NCBI GenBank assembly: GCA_031280785.1 | Contig: JAITGI010000042.1 | Span: 1 to 62,424 of the forward strand | Origin: Candidatus Nomurabacteria bacterium | Lineage (GTDB): Bacteria > Patescibacteriota > Saccharimonadia > Saccharimonadales > Saccharimonadaceae | DNA: 62,424 nucleotides | Reading direction: 5' to 3' | Shown here: piece after piece, positions 21,905 through 31,600 of the stretch | Position numbering within the stretch: position 1 is the stretch's first letter | Layout: each line of letters opens with the position of its first letter | The notes under the pieces: model-generated | What the model was told of the DNA's origin: nothing | The model's input: only the letters and a program-made list of their open reading frames with translations | Databases searched by the model: none | Translations under genes and position numbers: made by a program

Positions 21905-22750
21905 CTATTTTCTCTCGTGCTCGTCCAGGATTTTATTAACTACGCCATCAGCCATCCGGTTAAAATCACGATTTACGTGCAGGAAAACCACCTTGTCGAA
22001 TTCCCGACGCAAGTTCGAGATTTGGACGAACAACGGTAGTAACATTTTATTATTGATCACGTAAATTCCGTTCAGCTGATTCACCGCTGACAAACTGTCC
22101 GAGCGCAATTCGATACTGCGTATGCCCATGTCCTTCGCCCTGGTCAGCGCGATGAAAATTCCAGCATATTCCGCCATATCGCTCGTCGCCCGCCCCAGAA
22201 ACCGTCCATCCTCGACCAGAACATTTTCATCACTGTCCATTATCACGAAACCGGCAGCCGATGGACCAGGGTTCCCGCGCGAACCGCCATCGGTATAAAT
22301 AACATACTTCTTCTTTGCTCCGATATTCTTTTTGCGGTAGTCTCGATCATTTTCGATATCCAACAACACTTCCGTTGACTTGGTTACAACGTTTCGTTGT
22401 ATTTCTGACTTCTTTTTCCAGGTATACTTGTCATAACCGTTATCAAGGACAACCATATCAGTGTTCGCCGATGAGCTCACCAGGTAAAGGACGAATATGT
22501 ATTGCAGCTCCCTGTCATCGGGGTCGATAAAACTTACAACATCCAACAACTGAACTGTTTTTGCCACCATACCCGTGTGATACAGGACTGTGCGACGCAC
22601 AGCGTCGACGGGCTGCTCGTTTGCCAGCAGTTTACCGCCAGGTAATTCGTATTTTCCACTAATCGATGGACGACCACCGATACGACGCAAAAACAGCGTT
22701 CTGCCGCGTCGATTTTTGATTACTGCCCTGACTACGATTTTTTGTTTCAT
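21905..22750 (-). CDS. NUDIX hydrolase - RNase HI fusion protein
   Basis: N-terminal Nudix box GGKLLANEQPVDAVRRTVLYHTG. C-terminal RNase H YTDGGSRGNPGPSAAG..MAEYAG..LRSDS..NRMADG (DEDD residues). Confidence 0.8.
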   Translation of the reverse strand: MKQKIVVRAVIKNRRGRTLFLRRIGGRPSISGKYELPGGKLLANEQPVDAVRRTVLYHTGMVAKTVQLLDVVSFIDPDDRELQYIFVLYLVSSSANTDMVVLDNGYDKYTWKKKSEIQRNVVTKSTEVLLDIENDRDYRKKNIGAKKKYVIYTDGGSRGNPGPSAAGFVIMDSDENVLVEDGRFLGRATSDMAEYAGIFIALTRAKDMGIRSIELRSDSLSAVNQLNGIYVINNKMLLPLFVQISNLRREFDKVVFLHVNRDFNRMADGVVNKILDEHERK

Positions 22751-22927
22751 TTCATTAACCTTTCATGTTCACCTATGTGCCCGATTGACCAAGGTAGATA
22801 GATACCCCGCGATAGCAGGTGGGTTTCCGCAACCAATCACCACGGCGATTGATCATATTGGAGTCCCTTATCTATGATCTGTTAGGAATCATTTACCCTG
22901 AGTCAATCAGGACTCTACTATTGTAAA

Positions 22928-23557
22928 CTAAATAATGCGAAAAAGCGAGACGTAAACATCAAACATCCCGCTGATTCCGGCGCTCATTATTTGTCCAAAC
23001 AAGCCACCCAGGAAAAATATCAGCACAAACACAACGATCAACCCGAAACGTTCCATCGAAGCCATGATTTGACGCACGCCGTCAGGCGCAACGGCGTAAA
23101 GCACGCGCGAGCCATCGAGCGGTGGAATTGGAATTAGGTTAAAAATACAAAAACCCATGTTGACCTGGAAGCCCAGCAATAAAAAGTCTTCTGTCAACCC
23201 GATCGGTCGCAGCGTAGCCCAGAGCGCGAAACAGATAAAAGCCAGCACGAAATTCGTTGCTGGACCAGCGATAGCCGTCAACGCCATACCCCACTCGCCC
23301 CACCTGAGTTTATGGGGATCGATTGGCACCGGCTTGGCGCCACCAAAAATCGGTCCGCCGCTGACGGCGAGAATCAATGGCAGAATAAACGACAAAAACG
23401 GGTCGAGGTGCCGAAGCGGATTAAACGTCAGCCGACCATTAACCTTGGCGGTATCGTCGCCCAGCCAATACGCCGTCACCCCATGCATAAACTCATGCAA
23501 AATCATCGAAACTAAAATCACGGCGAGCACCAATAGTAGTTTTGTTACAATATCCAT
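22928..23557 (-). CDS. site-2 protease family (M50) membrane metalloprotease
   Basis: HEFMHGVTAYWLGD and a multi-TM profile. Start at the internal ATG 23557 (MDIVTKLL). Confidence 0.8.
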   Translation of the reverse strand: MDIVTKLLLVLAVILVSMILHEFMHGVTAYWLGDDTAKVNGRLTFNPLRHLDPFLSFILPLILAVSGGPIFGGAKPVPIDPHKLRWGEWGMALTAIAGPATNFVLAFICFALWATLRPIGLTEDFLLLGFQVNMGFCIFNLIPIPPLDGSRVLYAVAPDGVRQIMASMERFGLIVVFVLIFFLGGLFGQIMSAGISGMFDVYVSLFRII

Positions 23558-23664
23558 GAGTCCATTATAGCACCGTTGGAGTATAAAACCGCGATTCCGC
23601 AAAGGATACTTCGCTATTTCAGCTCCCGTTACACCATGGATATGTCTCTGCTTAGGTCTCGGTG

Positions 23665-23693
23665 TTGACTTTACTCGCGATAAACGCTAGAAT
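23665..23693 (+). promoter_or_regulatory. sigma70-type promoter of rpmB
   Basis: TTGACT (23665-23670), 17 nt, TAGAAT (23688-23693). Confidence 0.6.
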
Positions 23694-23732
23694 GGAGAAA
23701 ATATTTCAATAATTCAAAGAGGATTTTTTATT

Positions 23733-23927
23733 ATGGCATCAAAATGCGACTTGACTGGCAAAGGCAAAATGTTCGGGCACAACAAAATTCCGAATTCTCA
23801 GCACAAAACTAATCGAGCTTTCAAACCAAATTTGCAAAAGAAAACTTTCGTCATGAACGGTAAAAAAGTTACTATGACGCTCAGCACCAGCGCTATTCGA
23901 ACGCTGAAAAAGAAAAGTATTTTGTAA
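23733..23927 (+). CDS. rpmB: 50S ribosomal protein L28
   Basis: MASKCDLTGKGKMFGHNKIPNSQHKTNRAFKPNLQ. Confidence 0.93.
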   Translation: MASKCDLTGKGKMFGHNKIPNSQHKTNRAFKPNLQKKTFVMNGKKVTMTLSTSAIRTLKKKSIL

Positions 23928-23940
23928 TTCTCACAACGAA

Positions 23941-23978
23941 AAAAGCCCGCTCGACGAACGATGTGGGCTTTTTCGTTT
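23941..23978 (+). terminator. rho-independent terminator after rpmB
   Basis: AGCCCGC-12 nt-GTGGGCT followed by TTTTCGTTT. Confidence 0.75.
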
Positions 23979-24579
23979 AACTCTTGCCTAATTCAAAAAT
24001 CGTCAAAACTTCCGGCAATGCACCGTTTTTGATTTTCGTTCCGGCTGCCTTTTCGTGAGCGGCACCCATTTCCTTTGTGAATAATTCGACGCTCTCTTGC
24101 GGCACCTCGTATTTCGTCGTTGCATCCGCATAGTGTGTCGGGATAACCGCGCGCGGCGATAATTGTCGCACCACAGCAGCAGCATCACGAGCGTCCAGCG
24201 TATAACCTCCGCCGCCGACCGGGACGATCGCAATATCAATTACACCGAGCGCTTCGAGGTCATCATCGCTGAGCGGCGCTTCGATATGCCCCAGCACCGC
24301 CAGGCGCGTTCCGTCCAGCTCTATGCGATACATCGTGGCGTTCTTGCCATCGGGATCAATGTGTTTTTTGACTGCAATACCCTGGATCGAGACGTCGTTG
24401 ACCTCGTATTCACCGGGCGAGCCGATCACAAACGGAGCGTTCGCCGGCGCAAATTCCGCTTGGGTGGCGATAACGATGGCGCCGTCACCGATTTTGACGT
24501 TTTCGGTCGGATCAATGACCAACATGACTTTCTTCGACTTGACGATAACACAATTTGCCCCTTTGTATTCGATATCCAC
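23977..24579 (-). CDS. MBL-fold (UPF0173-like) protein with degenerate metal motif
   Basis: Overall beta-lactamase-fold pattern (KVMLVIDP..., VIPTHY), but ATQAEF replaces the HxHxDH motif. Confidence 0.55.
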   Translation of the reverse strand: MDIEYKGANCVIVKSKKVMLVIDPTENVKIGDGAIVIATQAEFAPANAPFVIGSPGEYEVNDVSIQGIAVKKHIDPDGKNATMYRIELDGTRLAVLGHIEAPLSDDDLEALGVIDIAIVPVGGGGYTLDARDAAAVVRQLSPRAVIPTHYADATTKYEVPQESVELFTKEMGAAHEKAAGTKIKNGALPEVLTIFELGKS

Positions 24580-24587
24580 TTTTCCTC

Positions 24588-25181
24588 CTATGTTTCTCTG
24601 CTTAATATTTTTTCAGTATCGATCAAGACCGTGTGTTGTGTCCCCAGAATATCATCCAGGAATTTATCACGCACGCTCAGGCGATAATAAAAATCTTCGT
24701 ATGCCAGCGTCGAATAGGAAATCGAGATATCGTTTTCCTTTTCCATCGCCTTGACCAGATTTTTCAGCTTTACCTTGCTGACGTCACCGACGACCAGGAT
24801 GTCGACATCGCTGATCGAACCGGGCACCAATTTCCCAGCCAGCAAAACCGCGCGCACGTCGCCCAGAGTCTTGAATCGTTTGGCGCGCTCGTCGACGTCG
24901 GGCTCCGTTTCATCCGACAGCAACGCCGTGCTAGTAAAGATATGTCTGAGAGGCTCGTAGAACGGATGCTCCTCGTTAGCCCGGTAATATAGCCGATTAT
25001 TTTTATTTTCACTCTTTGCGATACCAATTTCAAGCATATTCGACAGCTCACGTCGCACAGAATTGATTTGTTCGTCGATTTTGCGAGTAATTTCACGCAC
25101 ATAGAACGACCTCTCCGGATTATTGAACAGCAAATACAACAGCTTCACCCTCGTCTTTGAACCAAATAACGCGTCAATCAT
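24588..25181 (-). CDS. winged-helix (ArsR-like) DNA-binding protein with a C-terminal nucleotidyltransferase-like domain
   Basis: N-terminus FGSKTRVKLLYLLFNNPERSFYVREITRKIDEQINSVRRELSNM. Confidence 0.55.
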   Translation of the reverse strand: MIDALFGSKTRVKLLYLLFNNPERSFYVREITRKIDEQINSVRRELSNMLEIGIAKSENKNNRLYYRANEEHPFYEPLRHIFTSTALLSDETEPDVDERAKRFKTLGDVRAVLLAGKLVPGSISDVDILVVGDVSKVKLKNLVKAMEKENDISISYSTLAYEDFYYRLSVRDKFLDDILGTQHTVLIDTEKILSRET

Positions 25182-25193
25182 ACGATTATTGTA

Positions 25194-26069
25194 TCACATT
25201 TTGTGTTCAGTAAATAGCCCGTCGAGGTATTTTTCGATCTCGCACCGCAGCAGCCATTTTATCGCCGGGTTGCGCCGAAACCAAGTCATTTGTTTTTTCG
25301 CCAAGTGCCAGTCGTCGGTGACGGAGAGGTTTTTCGCCTCGTCCCGTGTGATTTCGCCGCCGAGCATTCTGTGGACGATTGGGTAAATATTTGACTTCAT
25401 AGACTCCAAGTCAAAGGAATATTTTGCCGCCAGCCGCTTCGTTTCATCGTATAATTCGCCGCGAAACATTTGTTCGGCGCGGTTTTCTATTCTTTTCAAC
25501 AACTCGTCTTTGTCCGTTGTAATTCCGACAATAACCGCGTCGTCGCGCATTTTCTGGCGATTATTTTTTACAACGTTTTGTTGTTCAATTGCACGTATTA
25601 AATATCGCTTGTTCTTGTGATTTTCCGGTAGTGATATGTTGTGTTTTTCACAATAGTTTTGCAATTCTGCGACGGTCATTTTGTTCAATTTTTGGCGTTT
25701 CTCCTCGTCAACGTCCGCGCCGAAATCGTAATTGAACAGCACGCTATCAACATACAGCCCCGACCCGCCGACCAGCAGCGGCATTTTGCCGCGCGCCCTG
25801 ATTTCCGCGATTTTTTGCTCGGCATACTTTTTGAAATCTGCCACCGTGAAACGCTCGTTCGGCGCGACCAAGTCCAGCCCGTGATGCGGAATACCGCCCT
25901 GCTCTGCCAGCGTCGGTTTGGCTGTGCCGATATTCATCTCGCGATAAATCGCGCGGCTGTCTGCCGAAATAATTTCGCCGCCAAACTTTTTCGCGACCTT
26001 GACCGCCAGCCCGGTTTTGCCGCTGGCGGTCGGGCCGACAATGACTATCAGAGGTCGTTTGGCAGCCAC
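25194..26069 (-). CDS. miaA: tRNA dimethylallyltransferase
   Basis: IVIVGPTASGKTGLAV, ISADSRAIYREMNIGTAKP, PLLVGGSGLY. Confidence 0.93.
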   Translation of the reverse strand: MAAKRPLIVIVGPTASGKTGLAVKVAKKFGGEIISADSRAIYREMNIGTAKPTLAEQGGIPHHGLDLVAPNERFTVADFKKYAEQKIAEIRARGKMPLLVGGSGLYVDSVLFNYDFGADVDEEKRQKLNKMTVAELQNYCEKHNISLPENHKNKRYLIRAIEQQNVVKNNRQKMRDDAVIVGITTDKDELLKRIENRAEQMFRGELYDETKRLAAKYSFDLESMKSNIYPIVHRMLGGEITRDEAKNLSVTDDWHLAKKQMTWFRRNPAIKWLLRCEIEKYLDGLFTEHKM

Positions 26070-26392
26070 CGGCGCTCCTTGAAATCAACAATGCGGAAAT
26101 TTTCGATTGGCACGCCCTCGTTTTCGAGGTCGCGTTGCTGACCAATTTTACCGCCGTAATAACCGCTCGCCATATCGCCGAAACGATTGACGACGCGCTG
26201 CCACGGCAAATCGGTCGGGCCGAAATGCGCGATTCCGCCGACAATTCGCGCCGCGTGCGCCTGCCCCGCCAGCGCCGCAATGTCGCCATAGGTCATCACT
26301 CGCCCACGCGGAATCTGCGCCACAATCGCGTAAACTTTTTCACGAAAACTGGGGTCGTTCATATCGTGCGCCGAGATATCTGGCTGGCTCAC
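26048..26392 (-). CDS. alkyltransferase-like (ATL) MGMT-family DNA-binding protein
   Basis: IPRGRVMTYGDIA..LPWQRVVN: Trp replaces the PCHR active-site Cys, as in ATL proteins. Confidence 0.75.
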   Translation of the reverse strand: MSQPDISAHDMNDPSFREKVYAIVAQIPRGRVMTYGDIAALAGQAHAARIVGGIAHFGPTDLPWQRVVNRFGDMASGYYGGKIGQQRDLENEGVPIENFRIVDFKERRWLPNDL

Positions 26393-28173
26393 AACGAACT
26401 TTTACTCACTCGCCCGCGGGCTTCGTTGGCGATTGATTTGATTAGTTGCTCTGGCGCATAGACGTGTTCGGCGGTTTCGTCCGCCACCAAGTCGGCGCGA
26501 ATTCGCAAGGGCAACTGACCGCTGGCGGCTTCTTTTTCGCCGACGACGATTGAATACGGCACTTTGGCGACTTCGGCGCTGCGAATTTTTTTGCCGACCG
26601 AGTTGTTGCTGTCGTCCAGCGTCGCGCGCACGCCGTGCTCTTTTGCCAGCGCCATCACGCGCTCTGCGAACTCGTCGACCTCTGGTAAATCTTTGACTTT
26701 GATGACGCGCAATTGTTCGGGCGACAGCCAAACTGGAAATCTGCCGGCAAAATGCTCGATCAACAACATGGTAAACCGCTCAAACGAACCCAAAATCGCC
26801 CGATGGATCATCACCGGCACCTGCTCAGCGCCTTCCTGGTCGGTGTATTTCAGCCCGAAACGTTTCGGCATCGCAAAATCCAGCTGGATCGTGGCAAGCT
26901 GCGTCTCGCGCCCCAGCGAATCCTTGAACATAAAATCAATTTTCGGCCCATAGAGCGCCGCTTCGCCCTCCATCTTCCGCGCGTCCAGACCGTGCTTTTC
27001 GGCGACACTCGCCAGCATCGACTCGGCAGCGTCCCAGTCGTCCGGCTCGCCGATGTATTTTTCTGGCGCCGAATAATCGCGCACCGACAGCGACACCCAA
27101 TGCTCGCCCCACAGCCCCAAACTTTTGTAAAAGCCCTCGATAATATCGACCAACACCGAAGCCTCTTGCTCGATCTGGTCAACCCGACAAAAAGTATGCC
27201 CGTCGTCCACCGTAAAGCCGCGTGTGCGTTGCAAGCCGCCGATTTGCCCCGGCTTTTCGTCGCGATATTGCATCGTCTGCTCGATATAGCGCAGCGGCAG
27301 CTCCCTGTAACTGCGCGGGCGCGAGGCGTAGATCTGGGTGTGGTGCGGACAATTGACCGGCTTCAGTACAAACTCCTGATCATAGTGACTCTTGACTCGA
27401 AACAGTTCATCGGCAAATTTCTGGGCGTGACCAGAGGTCTCGTATAGTTCAATCTTCGCCAGATGCGGAATTGAGACCGGCTGCATATCGTATTTCGCGC
27501 TGATTTCTTTCAGGGCGTTTTTCAGCTCCTCGATCAACACCGTGCCGCGCGGCGTGTATAACGGCAGCCCCGCCCCAACCAGATCGGAAAAAGTAAACAA
27601 ATCCAGCTCCTGCCCAAGCTTGCGGTGGTCGCGCTTTTTAGCTTCCTCGATTTGCGCCAAATGAGCTTGTAATTCCGCGTCGGTCGCGAACGCCACACCG
27701 TAGAGCCGCTGCATTTGCGGGCGTTTTTCGTCGCCACGCCAATACGCGCCCGCCACGCGCATCAACTTGAACGCGCCGACTTCGCTGGTATTCGCGAGGT
27801 GCGGTCCGCGACACAAATCAACAAAATCGCCGCAGGAATAAAAACTAATCGGCTCGCCGGCGTCCCGTAACTCCTCGATCAGTTCCAGCTTATACGGCTG
27901 GTCGTTGTCGCGCGCCCACGCCAGCGCCTCGTCGACGGTTTTTTCGGTGCGCACAAACTCCAACTTGCCAGCGATAATTCGACGCATTTCCTTTTCGATA
28001 CGTTTGAAATCGTCCTCGGAAATCGTCGCCTCGCCCAGATCAAAATCGTAGTAAAAACCGTCGTCCACGCTCGGGCCGATACCAAGTTTCGCACCCGACC
28101 ACAATTTGCTGACCGCCGCCGCCATAATGTGCGCCAAACTGTGACGCATCGTTTCGAGATTGTCGTTTTTCAT
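26389..28173 (-). CDS. thrS: threonine--tRNA ligase (short form lacking the TGS domain)
   Basis: RHSLAHIMAAAV, CRGPH, NCPHH and RGFTVDDGH motifs. Start at ATG 28173 rather than the ORF-track 28287. Confidence 0.93.
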   Translation of the reverse strand: MKNDNLETMRHSLAHIMAAAVSKLWSGAKLGIGPSVDDGFYYDFDLGEATISEDDFKRIEKEMRRIIAGKLEFVRTEKTVDEALAWARDNDQPYKLELIEELRDAGEPISFYSCGDFVDLCRGPHLANTSEVGAFKLMRVAGAYWRGDEKRPQMQRLYGVAFATDAELQAHLAQIEEAKKRDHRKLGQELDLFTFSDLVGAGLPLYTPRGTVLIEELKNALKEISAKYDMQPVSIPHLAKIELYETSGHAQKFADELFRVKSHYDQEFVLKPVNCPHHTQIYASRPRSYRELPLRYIEQTMQYRDEKPGQIGGLQRTRGFTVDDGHTFCRVDQIEQEASVLVDIIEGFYKSLGLWGEHWVSLSVRDYSAPEKYIGEPDDWDAAESMLASVAEKHGLDARKMEGEAALYGPKIDFMFKDSLGRETQLATIQLDFAMPKRFGLKYTDQEGAEQVPVMIHRAILGSFERFTMLLIEHFAGRFPVWLSPEQLRVIKVKDLPEVDEFAERVMALAKEHGVRATLDDSNNSVGKKIRSAEVAKVPYSIVVGEKEAASGQLPLRIRADLVADETAEHVYAPEQLIKSIANEARGRVSKSSL

Positions 28174-28194
28174 ATTCCCATTATAGCAGTCAGC

Positions 28195-28235
28195 GGTCAA
28201 AAAACAAAACAAGACCCTCATCAGGTCTCGTCTTG
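28195..28235 (-). terminator. rho-independent terminator of the adhesin/small-nuclease operon
   Basis: Minus strand CAAGAC..(AGACC-tgatgag-GGTCT)..GTCTTG followed by TTTTGTTTTTT. Confidence 0.65.
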
Positions 28236-28304
28236 GCGGGAGCACTCCTTCCGCTGCTGAAACAGCCGCGTGGTCGCTCTCTATCAATGACTATACACGA
28301 GCGG

Positions 28305-28697
28305 TCAATTTATGTCAACCACCTTGCCAAGTTTCGTTATTTGAATAATTTTCCACCTATTCTTGTGATCGCGTGCGAATGTTTCGCAGATTTCTCTGAT
28401 ACGGTTGTCGTGAATTTTGCTCTTTGCACCGTTAATAACGATTGTCTTTGCCTGTTTGGATGCGCGACCCAGTTGAGTAGTTAGCTGATCGACTTTTGGC
28501 GAAACAATATTTTTTAACTCATAAAACTCCTCGTCAATCTGAAAATCTGGCGTTTTGACTTTGTATCTGTTGATTGGGCGCAGAATATTCACGACGGTTT
28601 TGTAATGCCGCGCCAAAATCCAGGCGGCGTCGATGTCTTTTTTGGGCGGTTTGTAGCCGTGCGGAATCAGCACGTCGATAGTTTTTCTTTTATTCAT
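28305..28697 (-). CDS. small PD-(D/E)xK (restriction-endonuclease-fold) motif protein
   Basis: 130 aa with KTPDFQIDEEFYELKNI (PD...ExK), followed by KQAKTIVING. The ATGA start/stop overlaps the 1539-aa gene. Confidence 0.5.
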   Translation of the reverse strand: MNKRKTIDVLIPHGYKPPKKDIDAAWILARHYKTVVNILRPINRYKVKTPDFQIDEEFYELKNIVSPKVDQLTTQLGRASKQAKTIVINGAKSKIHDNRIREICETFARDHKNRWKIIQITKLGKVVDIN

Positions 28698-31600
28698 ACC
28701 GAGGTAATTTTAGCACGTTTTTGTCGTAGCCTCCACACACTGAAGCACGCCAAAGCGGCGCATATAGTCGCCAATCCCGCGGCCAAAATCCCCACCGTCG
28801 CCGAAAATCCAGTGTTCGGCGCACCGGGCACGCCCGGCACGTCTGGTATCTTCTCCCAGCGCGCCACTAGGTGCAAGTCATTCGCCAAGACTGTATTAAA
28901 GTCCCACTCCACTCCCGTGTCCACACAGTCCAAGCCGTCCGCTCCCACGCTCACTCGGTCAAATGCGCCGCCGCTCGCTGGGCGCGCCAAAAACTTTTTG
29001 CTGACTGTGTCATAAAACCCGACCACCCCGTCACTTTCCCGCTCCATCGGCAGATAATTTGCCACCAGGTCGCCGCCTTGGTATATGCGGAAATTGTAAA
29101 CGTCAAAAGAAAACACATTCGCACCACTCATTACCACAGCACCGTTATTATTAAGCGCGCCCAGATAAAGGTCTAATGGCATATTCATCTGCCCATTTGT
29201 AAAATCAGCGGTCGCCGTCAACTGTTGACTACCATACCAGAAATCTCCCGCCTCTTGGCGAACCGTGACACGATCATTATTGGTAAAAAAGCCGCTCGGA
29301 TCAGCGCAACTGATGTTTTGATGAATACCGTAACTATGTGTACCAAAAGCAATTCGCAAATCACCGCACGTATATTGCAACAGGTCAAAATGATTCAGAT
29401 CAATACTTGAACGCGCACCGTAAATCACTGCGTTTTTGCTCGGGTCAGCATCATTAGTATTAAACCGATAATCCAGCACCACCTCCAAATCATCGCTGGT
29501 CTTGATTCCCGTATTCACCCAGTCCGCCCCCGTGAACTCCACGCTCTCGATCGTCTTGTAACCCTTCGGCGCGCAGTCGCCAACACACCAGCCCTTAAAA
29601 ACATAGCCGTCTCGGGTCGGGTCGCTGGGGCGGGTGGCACTGTCGCCGTGATAAACTGTTTGGCTCGCTACATTACTCCCGCCTGCGCTGTCAAAGATCG
29701 CGCTAAACTTCACTGCCGAGTAAGCAATGTCATAATTATTATACCCCCGCCGGAAAACCCCGTCTGGCGATGTTGACCACATATTATCCGGCACGCTGAT
29801 ATGGGCATTGTAGGTCGGCAAATCAGTGGGGGCGACATTGCTTTCATAATCGGCGGCGGTGTTGGCAGCGAAAGTCACCCCCGCGCCCACGTCCAATTGC
29901 GTCAACTGCAAATACGGCACGAAAACACCACCACCGTTCACACCGGCAATATTGTCGCGAATGACAGCAGAGCCAGAAATCTCCATCCTCCCGTTGCGGT
30001 CGTAAGGTTCGGTCAACTTGCCAATATCTGCGATTCCGCCACCATCAGTAACCGCTCTGTTTCGCGCAATCAGCCCGCCCGAAATCAATAGTTCATTTCC
30101 AAAATAGGCTGTGTCGTAGAACAAATAGGTCGAAATACCACCACCCTGTCCAGCGCTGTTATCGGTAATTTCGCCACCAGAAATCACAATCTTACCCTCA
30201 ACCGTGCCTTGTCTGATGCCGCCACCGGCGCCGGCTGCTGTGTTGTTGGTGATACGCCCGCCGGACATTTCCAGCCACGAACCATTGTCAACCACAATAC
30301 CGCCACCGTTCGTCCCCGCTGTGTTCCCATCAATCGTCACGTTATCGGAGATATATGTAAAGCCCTGATTGCCACCAACACTATTGCCGGTGATTATTCC
30401 ACCGCCCTGTCCGCCCGCGGTGTTATTGCTGATCGAAACATTATCCGAAATATTTAATACGTAAATAGCACCCATAGACGCAAGCCCGCCACCATTCCCG
30501 CCAGCGCTGTTACCACTGATAGAAAAATTATCGGAAATCGTGGTTGTCATTGTTACTAGCGGGTCAGTGCTACCACTCAAATAAAGTCCGCCGTAATTTC
30601 CACGTGCCATATTGCCGTTTATCTCCCCGTCGCCAGACAGTGTCACCGTCGTAAAACGACCGACGCTGACTCCGCCCACTGTTCCGGCGACTTTATTATT
30701 ATTGATCTTCACATTATCAGTAATCGTCAGGGTATTGCCCAGCGCCGCCATACCATTTGCCATGGAGAATCCGCCGTTGCCACCAGTAGTTACCGGTGTG
30801 GCACTGGGGTCAAGCAAATTATCGCCCGCTGCCATTTTGCCGGTTTCGTTATTGGACACCGATACAGAATCTTGCAAGCGCACGACCGACGGCGCGCCGA
30901 TAGACATACCGCCACCACCACCGTTTATCACTTGCCCGGACTTATTGCCATCCACTCTCGCATTGCCCGACATTAGCAGATCAATATTATTGCCAAAAAA
31001 AGCGCCGCCGTAATTACGCCCCGCCTGATTATTCATAATCTGCGCGTCGCCGCTAATTCTGACTTCATTCATATCAGTCGCCGACCGACCAGCGCCGACA
31101 TACAGCCCGCCACCGTCTTGCCGCGCTTTATTGCCGTTTATCTGGGCATTGTCACGAATAGTGACTGCAAGCAAATTACCGCCCACATACAGGCCGCCGC
31201 CATTCGCGGTCGCCGTATTATTGTTGACTTTGGCATTGTCGCGGATTGTTAATTGCGAGGGATCGGCAGCCGAGCCATTACCCATAGTGATACCGCCACC
31301 GTTGCCACCCACCGCTAGTGTTGCATTCGCGTCCAGCACATCCGCCCCGCCGGCCATCTCGCCGGCGCTATTGCCAGAGATTTCGGTGTTACCAGATAGC
31401 GTCAAACGTGAATTAGCATTCATTGCCACACCACCACCGTGCGTGTTCGCCTGATTATTCTTGATCGTAGTATCGTGAATCGTCAGGTCATAATAATCAA
31501 CCACCCACACCCCACCGCCGCGCCCCATTACAGTGTTATCGGAAATATTCGAATTTTCGATACGCACCTTTCTGAGCGCACCGGTCGCACCATTGGTCGT

